Assembly (NCBI GenBank): GCA_038321865.1
Contig: JBBQFH010000027.1
Span: 1-47,783, forward strand
From: Gemmatimonadales bacterium
Lineage (GTDB): Bacteria; Gemmatimonadota; Gemmatimonadetes; Gemmatimonadales; GWC2-71-9
Reading direction: 5' to 3'
Length of the DNA stretch: 47,783 bases
Shown here piece after piece: positions 29,281-39,220 of this stretch (positions are counted from its first letter, which is position 1; every line of letters begins with the position of its first letter). The notes under the pieces were generated by a model. That model ran no database searches. It was not told where the DNA came from and saw nothing but the letters and a program-made list of their open reading frames with translations. The translations under genes and the position numbers were made by a program.

Positions 29281-29958
29281 GTGAAACTGCTAGGCGCCCT
29301 GGAACGGCCGTATTACGCGATCGTCCGCCCCTCGGTGGACGCGCTGATCCGAACCGGGATCCGCCCGAACACGATCACCACGATCGGCACCGGCTTCGTG
29401 CTGGTGTCGGCCGTCGCGTATGGATTGGGTCACGTGCGGATCGGCGGGGCATTGCTGCTGGCCAGCGGCGTCGCGGATACGCTCGATGGCCAGGTGGCGC
29501 GGGGCGGCGCCATGGAGACGAAGTTCGGCGCATTCTACGATTCGACGCTCGATCGCGTGGGCGACGGGGCCACTTTCATCGGCATCGCCGCCTTTCTGTT
29601 GAGCGCCCCGGACGTCGCGTGGCGGGTGCCCGCGGTGATCCTCTGCATGGTCGCCATTCTCGCGTCGCTGCTGGTGTCGTATGCGCGCGCGCGGGCCGAG
29701 GGACTGGGGCTCGATTGCAAGGTCGGCATCGCGCAGCGGGCGGAGCGGATTCTGGGATTGAGCCTCGCCTCGCTGCTGTTCGGCGCCAGTGCGCACGCAC
29801 AGGTTCTCGAAGCCGTGGTCGCGCTGCTGGCGATCGCCTCGATCATCACGGTCGTGCAGCGCTTCGTGTACGTCTATCACGCCGCGGCGGCCGCTGAGCC
29901 GGAGCGCGGAGCACCCGCGGAGAGCCGGGTGCTCGACTCTCTATCGAAAGGACGTTAG
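29281..29958 (+). CDS. CDP-alcohol phosphatidyltransferase, probable phosphatidylinositol-phosphate synthase
   Basis: PNTIT, DTLDGQVAR.....FGAFYDSTLDR, LVSYARARAE, RAER; adjacent to ino1. Confidence 0.88.
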   Translation: MKLLGALERPYYAIVRPSVDALIRTGIRPNTITTIGTGFVLVSAVAYGLGHVRIGGALLLASGVADTLDGQVARGGAMETKFGAFYDSTLDRVGDGATFIGIAAFLLSAPDVAWRVPAVILCMVAILASLLVSYARARAEGLGLDCKVGIAQRAERILGLSLASLLFGASAHAQVLEAVVALLAIASIITVVQRFVYVYHAAAAAEPERGAPAESRVLDSLSKGR

Positions 29959-29960
29959 CA

Positions 29961-31289
29961 GTGGCTGACAAGACTGCGCGCACCATTGCGCCGGCCAACG
30001 GCAAGCTCGGGGTGCTCTGCGTCGGCCTCGGCGCCGTGGCGACGACGTTCATCGCCGGCGTGGAGAACGTGCGTCGCGGCTCGGCGAAACCGATCGGGTC
30101 GCTGACGCAGATGGGGACCATCCGGCTGGGCAAGCGCACGGAAGGCCGCGCGCCGCTGATCCGCGAATTCGCGCCACTGGCCGCGCTCGGCGACCTGGTC
30201 TTCGGCGCCTGGGATCCGATTCCGCACAACGCCTACGAAGCCGCGCTGCACGCCGGCGTGCTGGACAAGCACGAGCACATCGAGCCCATCGCCGCGTTCC
30301 TCAAGGGGATCGCGCCGATGCCGGCCGTCTTCGAGCAGACGTACGTCAAGCGTCTCGAGGGCAAGAACGTGAAGACGGCCGGCACCAAGCGCGAACTGGC
30401 CGAGCTGTTGCGGAAGGACATCCGGGATTTCAAGGCGAAGCACAAATGCGACCGGCTGGTGATGGTCTGGTGCGCGTCCACTGAAATCTTCATCGCGCCC
30501 GGCGCGGCGCATCAGTCGCTCGAGGCGTTCGAGAAGGCGATGGACGCGAACGATCCCACCGTCGCGCCGTCGATGCTCTACGCCTGGGCGTCGATCATGG
30601 AGGGTGTGCCGTTCGCCAACGGGGCTCCCAACCTCAGCTGCGACTTCCCTGCGATGGAGCAGCTAGCCCGGGACAAGGGCGTGCCGATCGGCGGCAAGGA
30701 TTTCAAGACCGGCCAGACCATGCTTAAGACCGTGCTGTCGCCGATGTTCAAGGCGCGCATGCTCGGGGTCGCCGGCTGGTACTCGACCAACATCCTCGGC
30801 AACCGGGACGGCGAGGTGCTGGACGACCCGGAAAGCTTCAAGACCAAGGAAGAATCCAAGCTCGGCGTGCTCGAGCACATCCTGCAGCCGAAGCTTTATC
30901 CCGAGCTCTACGGCAGCATGTACCACAAGGTGCGCATCAACTATTACCCTCCGCGCGGCGACAACAAGGAGGGCTGGGACAACATCGACATCTTCGGCTG
31001 GCTGGGCTATCCGATGCAGATCAAGGTCGATTTCCTCTGCCGCGACTCAATTCTCGCCGCGCCGCTGGTGCTCGACCTGGCCATCTTCTTCGACCTCGCC
31101 AAGCGCGCCGGGATGAGCGGGATCCAGGAATGGCTGTCGTTCTACTTCAAGAGCCCGCAGGTGGCCCCGGGACTGTATCCCGAGCATGACCTGTTCATCC
31201 AGCATACCAAGCTCAAGAACACCCTGCGCTACATGATGGGTGAAGAGCAGATCACCCACCTGGGCATCGAGTACTACCAGGAGTCATGA
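29961..31289 (+). CDS. ino1: inositol-3-phosphate synthase (MIPS)
   Basis: GLGAVATT, WCASTE, NGAPN, GKDFKTGQT, NILGNRDG, GDNKE, RDSILAAPLVLDL, FKSP. Confidence 0.95.
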   Translation: MADKTARTIAPANGKLGVLCVGLGAVATTFIAGVENVRRGSAKPIGSLTQMGTIRLGKRTEGRAPLIREFAPLAALGDLVFGAWDPIPHNAYEAALHAGVLDKHEHIEPIAAFLKGIAPMPAVFEQTYVKRLEGKNVKTAGTKRELAELLRKDIRDFKAKHKCDRLVMVWCASTEIFIAPGAAHQSLEAFEKAMDANDPTVAPSMLYAWASIMEGVPFANGAPNLSCDFPAMEQLARDKGVPIGGKDFKTGQTMLKTVLSPMFKARMLGVAGWYSTNILGNRDGEVLDDPESFKTKEESKLGVLEHILQPKLYPELYGSMYHKVRINYYPPRGDNKEGWDNIDIFGWLGYPMQIKVDFLCRDSILAAPLVLDLAIFFDLAKRAGMSGIQEWLSFYFKSPQVAPGLYPEHDLFIQHTKLKNTLRYMMGEEQITHLGIEYYQES

Positions 31290-31576
31290 AGTACTTTCAC
31301 CGCACGCAGCTGACGCCGGACGAGGCGGTCGCCAGCACGGCGCAGTTCTTCGGCGCCCGCCTCGGCCCGACGGAAGAGGGCCCGCGGCGCCGGAGCTTCG
31401 CCGGCGCCATCGGCACGGTGACGGTCTCGGTGCATGCCGAAGGCGGACACTACACGCTCGTGATCGTCCACACCGATCAGCCCGGCGAGAGCGAAATCGA
31501 CCGGCTGGCCAAGCGGTTCCTGACATTGCTGCACACGGCGGCCGAGCCCGGCCACCGTCCCATCGGCGCGTATTGA
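31286..31576 (+). CDS. hypothetical protein coupled to ino1
   Basis: ATGA overlap, AGGAG SD, 96 aa, protein-like composition. Confidence 0.75.
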   Translation: MKYFHRTQLTPDEAVASTAQFFGARLGPTEEGPRRRSFAGAIGTVTVSVHAEGGHYTLVIVHTDQPGESEIDRLAKRFLTLLHTAAEPGHRPIGAY

Positions 31577-31628
31577 CCCCGACCGGCGCGCCACCGGCGC
31601 GTCGCACCCGCGTTTTTTCAGGAGATCG

Positions 31629-34130
31629 ATGATGAAGCGGATGGCCACAGTCTGCCGACGAGTCCTGCCCCTCGCCGCCCTTCTGCTGCTCGCCCTGGCA
31701 CCCGCCGGGGCGTTTGCGCAGGAGGCCGCGCGCCACACCGGCGGCGAGGCCAACCTCGTCCTGCCGGACCTCGGCACGGTCACCTTCCTCGGCATGACCG
31801 GGCGGGCGCTGCTGATGGGCGGGCTGGCGGTCTGCGGCCTCGGGCTGCTGTTCGGCCTGATGATCTACACGCAGCTGCGCAACATGGCGGTGCACACGTC
31901 GATGCGTGAGGTCTCCGAGCTCATCTACGAGACCTGCAAGACCTATCTGGTCACGCAGGGCAAGTTCCTGATGGTGCTGTGGCTCTTCATCGGTACGATC
32001 ATCACGCTGTACTTCGGGACGCTCGCGACCGGTACCGACGCCGCCGGGGCGGTGACGCACGGCATGCCGGCGTTCAAGGTGGCGGTCATCCTGCTGTTCA
32101 GCGTCATCGGCATCGCGGGCAGCTATGGCGTGGCGTGGTTCGGCATTCGGGTCAATACGTTCGCCAACTCGCGCACCGCGTTCGCCAGCCTCCGCGGGAA
32201 GCCCTATCCGTGCTACGCCATCCCGCTCAAGGCAGGCATGAGCATCGGCATGCTGCTGATCAGCGTCGAGCTCCTGCTGATGCTGTTCATCCTGCTGTTC
32301 GTGCCCCGGGACTACGCGGGACCCTGCTTCATCGGCTTCGCCATCGGCGAATCGCTGGGCGCGGCGGCGCTCCGGATCGCGGGCGGGATCTTCACCAAGA
32401 TCGCCGACATCGGGGCCGACCTGATGAAGATCGTGTTCAACGTCAAGGAGGACGACGCACGAAACCCGGGCGTCATCGCGGACTGCGTCGGCGACAACGC
32501 CGGCGACTCCGTGGGTCCCTCGGCCGACGGCTTCGAGACGTACGGGGTGACCGGCGTCGCGCTCATCTCGTTCATCCTGCTGGCGGTGAATCCGACCTCG
32601 GCCGGGCCGAACTACGAGACCGTCCAGGTGCAGCTGCTGGTCTGGATCTTTTCGATGCGCATCATGATGGTGATCGCGTCCGCCCTCTCGTACTTCATCA
32701 ACGAGGCGGTGGCGAAGGCCAAGTACGCGGCCGCGCCGAAGATGAATTTCGAGGCGCCGCTGACGTCACTTGTCTGGCTGACTTCCATCGTGTCGGTGCT
32801 GCTGACCTACGTCGTTTCCTACCTGCTGATTCCTACCCTCGGCGATGGTTCGCTCTGGTGGAAGCTCTCGACCGTGATCACCTGCGGCACGCTCGCCGGC
32901 GCCATCATTCCCGAGCTGGTGAAGGTGTTCACCTCCACTGAGTCGCGGCACGTGCGCGAGGTGGTGAGCTCGTCGAAGGAAGGCGGCCCGGCCCTCAACA
33001 TCCTGTCCGGGCTGGTCGCCGGGAATTTCAGCGCCTTCTGGATCGGGCTCGCGATGCTGGCGCTCATGACGGTCGCCTACGCGGTCAGCACGATCGGAGG
33101 CCCCAGCGGCATGGCCAGCCTGATGCTGGCGCCGGCGGTGTTTGCGTTCGGTCTGGTCGCGTTCGGGTTTCTGGGCATGGGCCCGGTCACCATCGCGGTG
33201 GACTCGTACGGCCCCGTGACCGACAACGCCCAGTCGGTCTACGAGCTGTCGCTGATCGAGAACGTGCCGGGGATCCGGGATGAGCTGAAGCGCGACTTCG
33301 GCTTCGATGCCGACTTCGAGCGGGGCAAGCACTTCCTCGAGGAGAACGACGGGGCGGGCAATACCTTCAAGGCCACCGCGAAGCCGGTGCTCATCGGCAC
33401 CGCGGTTGTGGGCTCGACCACGATGATTTTCTCGATCATCCTGTCACTCACCCAGGGACTCAAGCCCGAGCTGCTGAGCAACCTCTCCATCCTGCACCCG
33501 CCCTTCCTGCTGGGCCTCATCACCGGCGGGGCGATCATCTACTGGTTCACCGGCGCGTCGATTCAGGCGGTGACCACCGGCGCCTACCGCGCCGTCGAGT
33601 TCATCAAGGCGAACATCAAGCTCGAAGGCGCGACCAAGGCGTCGATGGAAGACAGCAAGAAGGTGGTCGAGATCTGCACCAAGTACGCGCAGAAGGGGAT
33701 GTTCAACATCTTCCTGACCGTCTTCTTCGCGACCCTCGCGTTCGCCTGCGCCGAACCATACTTCTTCATAGGCTACCTGATCTCGATCGCCCTGTTCGGA
33801 TTGTATCAGGCCATCTTCATGGCGAATGCGGGCGGCGCCTGGGACAACGCCAAGAAGATCGTGGAAGTCGAGTTGAAGCAGAAAGGCACGCCGCTGCACG
33901 AGGCGACGGTGGTCGGCGACATCGTGGGTGACCCCTTCAAGGACACGTCGTCGGTGGCGCTCAATCCGATCATCAAGTTCACCACGCTGTTCGGGCTGCT
34001 GGCGGTCGAGCTGGCGGTGAGCCTTGATTCGGGCATCAGTCATGCGCTGGCGGCCGCGTTCCTGGTCGTCGCACTGGGCTTCGTCTACCGGTCGTTCTAC
34101 GGCATGCGGATCGCCAGCCGGAACGCCTGA
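31629..34130 (+). CDS. hppA: membrane ion-translocating pyrophosphatase, K+-independent type
   Basis: GGIFTKIADIGADL, EDDARNPGVIADCVGDNAGD, GNTFKA, GGAWDNAKK, VGDPFKDT. Confidence 0.93.
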   Translation: MMKRMATVCRRVLPLAALLLLALAPAGAFAQEAARHTGGEANLVLPDLGTVTFLGMTGRALLMGGLAVCGLGLLFGLMIYTQLRNMAVHTSMREVSELIYETCKTYLVTQGKFLMVLWLFIGTIITLYFGTLATGTDAAGAVTHGMPAFKVAVILLFSVIGIAGSYGVAWFGIRVNTFANSRTAFASLRGKPYPCYAIPLKAGMSIGMLLISVELLLMLFILLFVPRDYAGPCFIGFAIGESLGAAALRIAGGIFTKIADIGADLMKIVFNVKEDDARNPGVIADCVGDNAGDSVGPSADGFETYGVTGVALISFILLAVNPTSAGPNYETVQVQLLVWIFSMRIMMVIASALSYFINEAVAKAKYAAAPKMNFEAPLTSLVWLTSIVSVLLTYVVSYLLIPTLGDGSLWWKLSTVITCGTLAGAIIPELVKVFTSTESRHVREVVSSSKEGGPALNILSGLVAGNFSAFWIGLAMLALMTVAYAVSTIGGPSGMASLMLAPAVFAFGLVAFGFLGMGPVTIAVDSYGPVTDNAQSVYELSLIENVPGIRDELKRDFGFDADFERGKHFLEENDGAGNTFKATAKPVLIGTAVVGSTTMIFSIILSLTQGLKPELLSNLSILHPPFLLGLITGGAIIYWFTGASIQAVTTGAYRAVEFIKANIKLEGATKASMEDSKKVVEICTKYAQKGMFNIFLTVFFATLAFACAEPYFFIGYLISIALFGLYQAIFMANAGGAWDNAKKIVEVELKQKGTPLHEATVVGDIVGDPFKDTSSVALNPIIKFTTLFGLLAVELAVSLDSGISHALAAAFLVVALGFVYRSFYGMRIASRNA

Positions 34131-34141
34131 TCTGGACGGCG

Positions 34142-34190
34142 GGCCAGCCGGAACGGTGCGCGACCGTTTCCGGCTGGCCGCCTCTTTTTC
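34142..34190 (+). terminator. intrinsic terminator
   Basis: GGCCAGCCGGAACGGT...ACCGTTTCCGGCTGGCC followed by a T tract. Confidence 0.75.
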
Positions 34191-34209
34191 TTCTCACTGA
34201 GGTCCTGCA

Positions 34210-35307
34210 TTGCCCGCCTCTGCCGCTCCTGCCTCCCCGCCGGCCGGTCTCCAGCGCGATCAGTTGCTCGAGCTCTACTACTACATGCGCCTCACGCGCT
34301 CGCTGGAAGAGCGCCTGGTCAACCTCTACCGGCAGACCAAGGTGGTCGGCGGGCTGTTCCGGTCGCTGGGACAGGAGGCCGACGCCGTCGGGTCCGCCTA
34401 TGCGCTCGACCGCTCGAAGGGCGACGTGCTCTCGCCACTGATCAGAAATCTCGGGTCCATGCTGGTCCAGCGCGCGACGCCCCTCGAGATCCTGCGGCAG
34501 TACATGGCCCGCGCGGATTCGCCCACGCGCGGGCGGGAGCTGAACATCCACTTCGGTGACACGGTTCGCGGATTCATCGGGCAGATCTCTCACCTGGGCG
34601 ACATGGTGCCCGTGATGGCCGGCGTGACGCTGTCGTTCAAGCTGCGCGGTGAGGACCGGGTGGGGCTGGTGTACGTGGGGGACGGCGCCACGTCCACCGG
34701 GGCCTTTCACGAGGGGATCAATTTTGCCGCGGTCCAGCGGTGTCCGCTCGTCGTCGTGGTGGAGAACAATGGCTACGCCTATTCGACGCCGACCTCGAAG
34801 CAGACGGCCGCCGCGAGTTTTGCCGACAAGGGACCGGGATACGGCATTCCCGGCGTGCGTGCCGACGGCAACGATGTCCTCGCGACCTATCAGGTGACGA
34901 AGGAGGCCGTGGACCGGGCCCGGCGCGGCGAAGGGGTGACGCTGGTGGAACTGATGACGTATCGCCGGAAGGGTCACGCGGAGCACGACAACCAGTCCTA
35001 CGTGCCGCCCGGTGAAATCGAGCGCTGGACCGCCGAGAACGACCCGGTGAACCGCTTCGTCAAGGTGCTCACGACCGAATTCGGCTTCGACGCGGAGGCT
35101 CTCGTCGCGATGGATGAGCGGGTGCGTGTCGAGATCGACATCGCCACCGACGAGGCCGAGCGGTCGCCGTTGCCGGAGCCGCGTGACTGCCTGAACGGCG
35201 TCTACGCCGATCCGCCGGATGTGCCCGTGCTCTGGTACCGCGAAGGGGTGCGGTCGGCGGTGGACCGGAACGAGCGTGTCGCCGGGTGGGGGACCCACGA
35301 TGGCTGA
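34210..35307 (+). CDS. 2-oxoacid dehydrogenase E1 alpha
   Basis: GQEA, TPP motif GDGA-x~24-NN, YRRKGHAEHD. Confidence 0.93.
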   Translation: MPASAAPASPPAGLQRDQLLELYYYMRLTRSLEERLVNLYRQTKVVGGLFRSLGQEADAVGSAYALDRSKGDVLSPLIRNLGSMLVQRATPLEILRQYMARADSPTRGRELNIHFGDTVRGFIGQISHLGDMVPVMAGVTLSFKLRGEDRVGLVYVGDGATSTGAFHEGINFAAVQRCPLVVVVENNGYAYSTPTSKQTAAASFADKGPGYGIPGVRADGNDVLATYQVTKEAVDRARRGEGVTLVELMTYRRKGHAEHDNQSYVPPGEIERWTAENDPVNRFVKVLTTEFGFDAEALVAMDERVRVEIDIATDEAERSPLPEPRDCLNGVYADPPDVPVLWYREGVRSAVDRNERVAGWGTHDG

Positions 35308-36277
35308 AATCACCTATCTCGAGGCCATCCGCCAGGGACTGTTCGAGGAGATGGAGCGCGACCCCGACGTGTTCTGCCTGGGCGAGGATATTGGTGCCTA
35401 CGGGGGGGCATTCAAGGTCACGGACGGGCTGCTGGAACGGTTCGGCGAGCGGCGCGTGATCGACACGCCGATCTCCGAAGCGGGGATCGTCGGCGCCGCG
35501 GCGGGCGCCGCACACATGGGCCTGCGGCCGGTTTGTGAGATGCAGTTCATCGACTTCATCTCCTGCGCTTACGACATGCTCACCAATTACGTGGCGACCG
35601 CGCGCTACCGGGCGTTCCTGCCCTGTCCCATGGTGGTGCGCGGGCCGAGCGGTGGATACGTCCGCGGCGGGCCGTTTCATTCGCAGAACCCGGAGGCGGC
35701 GTTCCTGCATACGCCCGGGATCAAAATCGTCTACCCGGCCACGGCGAGCGATGCGAAAGGGCTGATCAAGGCAGCGATCCGGGACGACGACTGCGTCCTC
35801 TTCTTCGAGCACAAGTATCTGTACCGGCGCATCAAGGAAGAGATGCCCGCCGGGGACCACGTCGTGCCGATCGGGAAGGCGCGCGTGGCGCGGGAAGGAA
35901 CCGGCCTCTCGATCATCACGTACGCCGCCACCGTCTGGAAGGCGCTCGAGGCGGCGGACCAGCTCGAGCGCGAGGACGGCCTTTCGGTCGAGGTGATCGA
36001 CCTGCGGACACTCGCCCCGATGGACGATGATGCGATCGTGGCGACGGTGAAGAAGACCAACCGGGTGCTGATCGTGCACGAGGATACCGTCACTGGCGGC
36101 ATCGCCGGCGAGATCACCGCGCGGATCAACGAACTCGCCTTCGAATGGCTCGACGCACCGGTCAGGCGCGTGGCTGCTCATGACGTGCCACTGCCGTATG
36201 CGCCGTCGCTGGAGGATTTCGTGCTGCCCCAGACCGCCGACATCGTTCGGGCCGCGCGCTGGCTGGCCGCATACTGA
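35300..36277 (+). CDS. 2-oxoacid dehydrogenase E1 beta
   Basis: GEDIG.YGG.F, DTPISE, EMQF.DF, HSQ, FEHK.LY. Confidence 0.95.
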   Translation: MAEITYLEAIRQGLFEEMERDPDVFCLGEDIGAYGGAFKVTDGLLERFGERRVIDTPISEAGIVGAAAGAAHMGLRPVCEMQFIDFISCAYDMLTNYVATARYRAFLPCPMVVRGPSGGYVRGGPFHSQNPEAAFLHTPGIKIVYPATASDAKGLIKAAIRDDDCVLFFEHKYLYRRIKEEMPAGDHVVPIGKARVAREGTGLSIITYAATVWKALEAADQLEREDGLSVEVIDLRTLAPMDDDAIVATVKKTNRVLIVHEDTVTGGIAGEITARINELAFEWLDAPVRRVAAHDVPLPYAPSLEDFVLPQTADIVRAARWLAAY

Positions 36278-36372
36278 TGCTGGCGGATGGGGACCAGACG
36301 TCAGGTTAGATTGACACAGCTGCCGGCACCAGACGGCGTGGGCGGCTCAACACAAGACGAGGACGGCATCAT

Positions 36373-37779
36373 ATGGCCCGCATCGATGTCATCATGCCGC
36401 AGATGGGTGAATCCATCGCGGAAGGCACTCTGTCCAAGTGGCTGAAGAAGGTCGGTGACCCCGTCAAGCGGGACGAGCCGATGTTCGAAATATCCACCGA
36501 CAAGGTGGACGCCGAGATTCCCGCACCGAACGCGGGCACGCTGGCGGAGATCCTGGTGCAGGAGGGCCAGACGGTGGCCGTCCAGACGGTCGTCGCGCGG
36601 ATCGAAACCGAGGCCGGCGCCGTGGCCGCGGCGCCTGCTGCTGCGCCCGCACCCGCCGCCGCGCCAGCTGCTGCCCCCGCGGCGGCCACGGCGGCCACGG
36701 CGGTGCCGGCGGCTGCAGCCGCACCCGCGTCCGCGCCACCCGTCGCTCCGAAGCCGGCGCCGATTGAGATGGCGCCGGCGGCGACAGCCGCATCCGGGGG
36801 GAACGGGAGCGAGACCGCCGAGGAGCGCCTCAGGCGCCGGTCGACACCGCTGGTGCGCAAGATGGCCGCGGAGCACAACCTCGACATCGGGTCGATCCAG
36901 GGCAGCGGGCTGGCCGGGCGGGTCACCCGAAACGACGTGCTCAGCTATCTCGAGACGGGCGCTCCGGCCGCGGCGGCTGCGCCTGCCGAGGCTCCGCACG
37001 GGGCTCCGCAGCCGGCGACTGCCGGGGCGGAGGCGTCCGGAGCACGGGCGCCGAGCGCGCCGCAGGTCGAGGCCTGGGAGGGAGATCGCATCGAGCCATG
37101 GTCTCGCATCCGGAAGCTGACCGCGGATCATATGATCATGTCGCGCCGTGTGTCGGCGCACGTCAACACGATCTTCGAGGTCGACTACACCCGGATCGCC
37201 CAGCTGCGGGCCAAGAAGAAGAAGGAATACGCCGATCGGGGCGTGAATCTGACCTACCTCGCCTTCATCGTGAAGGCGGTCGCCGACAATCTGCGCAACC
37301 ATCCGGTCGTCAACGCGGCCGTTTCGGGCGAGAGCACGATTTACCGGCGCGACATCAACCTCGGGATCGCGGTGGCGCTCGACTGGGGCCTGATCGTTCC
37401 GGTCATCAGGCGCGCCGACGAGCTCTCGCTGCTCGGCGTGGCCCGCGCGATCAACGACCTGGGCGAACGTGCCCGCGCCAAGAAGCTGAACCCCGACGAC
37501 GTCCAGCGCGGGACGTTCACGATCACCAACCCGGGGGTATTCGGCTCGGTGATCGGCACGCCGATCATCAATCAGCCCCAGGTAGCGATTCTCTGTGTCG
37601 GCACCATCGAAAAGCAGCCGGCGGTCATCACGGTGGACGGCACCGACACGCTGGCCATTCGTACCCGCGGGATGCTGTCACTGGCGTTCGATCATCGCAT
37701 CGTGGACGGATCGGCCGCCGATCGCTTCATGGCCGATGTGAAGACCACGCTGCAGACGTTCGCCGAAGGTGCCGTCTGA
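36373..37779 (+). CDS. dihydrolipoamide acyltransferase E2
   Basis: Lipoyl motif STDKVD, Ala/Pro linker, GSGLAGRVT, DHRIVDG. Confidence 0.95.
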   Translation: MARIDVIMPQMGESIAEGTLSKWLKKVGDPVKRDEPMFEISTDKVDAEIPAPNAGTLAEILVQEGQTVAVQTVVARIETEAGAVAAAPAAAPAPAAAPAAAPAAATAATAVPAAAAAPASAPPVAPKPAPIEMAPAATAASGGNGSETAEERLRRRSTPLVRKMAAEHNLDIGSIQGSGLAGRVTRNDVLSYLETGAPAAAAAPAEAPHGAPQPATAGAEASGARAPSAPQVEAWEGDRIEPWSRIRKLTADHMIMSRRVSAHVNTIFEVDYTRIAQLRAKKKKEYADRGVNLTYLAFIVKAVADNLRNHPVVNAAVSGESTIYRRDINLGIAVALDWGLIVPVIRRADELSLLGVARAINDLGERARAKKLNPDDVQRGTFTITNPGVFGSVIGTPIINQPQVAILCVGTIEKQPAVITVDGTDTLAIRTRGMLSLAFDHRIVDGSAADRFMADVKTTLQTFAEGAV

Positions 37780-37781
37780 AC

Positions 37782-38060
37782 GTGGGCCGAACGCTCACCG
37801 CGGCACGGGCGCAGGTCCAGTCCGGGCGGGAAGGCGCATACCTCGGCTTACTCGCCGAACGCCGACGGGTGGCGGAGAGCGCGGGCGGACACTTCTGGGT
37901 GTTTCGGGATCGGGCGTCACCGGGCACGTTCCTCGAGTTCAGCGAGTCCCCGGGCGGGACGCCTGTTCCGTCGCCTCCCGCGCTGGCCGCCGAGCTCGCC
38001 GCCCTCGCCCGCTACGAGCCGGGCGCGACCGACATCTGGGATGAAGTTCCACTGAGCTGA
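37782..38060 (+). CDS. hypothetical protein (possible dimeric alpha/beta barrel)
   Basis: GTG 3 nt after the E2 stop; HFWVFR....GTFLEFSE. Confidence 0.6.
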   Translation: MGRTLTAARAQVQSGREGAYLGLLAERRRVAESAGGHFWVFRDRASPGTFLEFSESPGGTPVPSPPALAAELAALARYEPGATDIWDEVPLS

Positions 38061-38081
38061 GGCTCGGGAAGGGAAGTGGCA

Positions 38082-38348
38082 ATGCCCCGCAGAGTGATCG
38101 AGGTGGATGGCCAGCAGTGGGTCGTCGCGGTGAGCGGCCGGATCACCCAGTACGTCAAGGACGAGTTCGGACTCGTCTTCAGCCGCGGCGCCGGGTCCGC
38201 CCGCGAGCGGCGAGTCACGCGCTATTCGCCGCTCGCCGCCAAGAGCCGGGAACTGTCGCTCAGCCAGTTGAGTGATGCTGAGCTGCGCACGCTGCTGTCC
38301 GTGTCGCAGCCGGCCTGGACCGCGCCTGAGACGGGGTACCGCCGCTGA
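38082..38348 (+). CDS. hypothetical protein
   Basis: 88-aa ORF with purine-rich SD, in operon orientation. Confidence 0.7.
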   Translation: MPRRVIEVDGQQWVVAVSGRITQYVKDEFGLVFSRGAGSARERRVTRYSPLAAKSRELSLSQLSDAELRTLLSVSQPAWTAPETGYRR

Positions 38349-39220
38349 GCGCCGCTCCTGTCGGTGGCGCAGCGCCGATCGACCTGCATCTGCATTCGAC
38401 CGCGTCCGATGGCCATCTTCCTCCCGAACGCGTGGTGGAGCGCGCGGCGGCTGCCGGGCTGTCCGCCATCGCGCTGACGGATCATGACACGCTCGCGGGC
38501 ATTCCGGCTGCGTTGAGCGCCGGCGAGCGGCTCGGCGTCCAGGTGATCGGCGGCTGCGAGTTTTCGGTCGCCGCGCCGTGGGGCGAAATGCATGTGCTGG
38601 GATACTTCCTCCCGGCCGATTCGAGTGAGCTCGATACGTTCCTCGAGCGGTGCCGGGCGGACCGGATCCGCCGCGCCGAGGAGATGGTGCGCCGGCTCCA
38701 GGGGCTGGGAGTCATGGTGACGTTCGAGGATGTGCTGCACGAGGCCGCGGGCGGGGCGCTCGGGCGGCCCCACGTGGCCCGGGCCGTGGTCCGGGCGGAC
38801 GCGGCATCCGATATCAACCAGGCGTTTGACCGCTATCTCGGCCGTGGCCGCCCAGCGTATGTCGACAAGACGCTTCCGGCGCTTCGCGAGGTCGCCGACA
38901 TCGTGCACCCGATCGGCGGCGTGCTGTCCGCGGCCCATCTCAAGGATCGGGGCACGCGGCCGGTGCTCGAGCGGTTTCGCGACGAAGGGCTCGATGCCGT
39001 CGAAATCCGCCACCCCAGTCATTCGTCCGATCAGCGCGCCCGGCTGACGGGGATCGCCCGCGTGCTCCAGCTCGGACGGAGCGGCGGTAGCGACTGGCAT
39101 GGCGACGCGCTCACCGACGGCGATCATTCCACGATCGGCTCCCAGCAGGTGCCCGCCGAGTGGCTGGGCATGCTCGAGGCGCGGCGGCGCGCCCATACTC
39201 CGGCCAAGGCCCTCCCATGA
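38345..39220 (+). CDS. PHP-domain metal-dependent phosphoesterase (TrpH/YciV-like); CTG start
   Basis: IDLHLHSTASDG (upstream of the ORF-track start 38432), ALTDHDT, GCEFS, HVLGY, GRPHVA, GGSDWHG. Confidence 0.88.
   Translation: MSAAPVGGAAPIDLHLHSTASDGHLPPERVVERAAAAGLSAIALTDHDTLAGIPAALSAGERLGVQVIGGCEFSVAAPWGEMHVLGYFLPADSSELDTFLERCRADRIRRAEEMVRRLQGLGVMVTFEDVLHEAAGGALGRPHVARAVVRADAASDINQAFDRYLGRGRPAYVDKTLPALREVADIVHPIGGVLSAAHLKDRGTRPVLERFRDEGLDAVEIRHPSHSSDQRARLTGIARVLQLGRSGGSDWHGDALTDGDHSTIGSQQVPAEWLGMLEARRRAHTPAKALP

Noticed and set aside
36620..36790. Repetitive GC-rich tract as a DNA repeat element
   Set aside because: It encodes the normal Ala/Pro linker of E2.
34210..37779. Missing E3 subunit as an anomaly
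   Set aside because: lpd is commonly unlinked and shared among 2-oxoacid dehydrogenase complexes.
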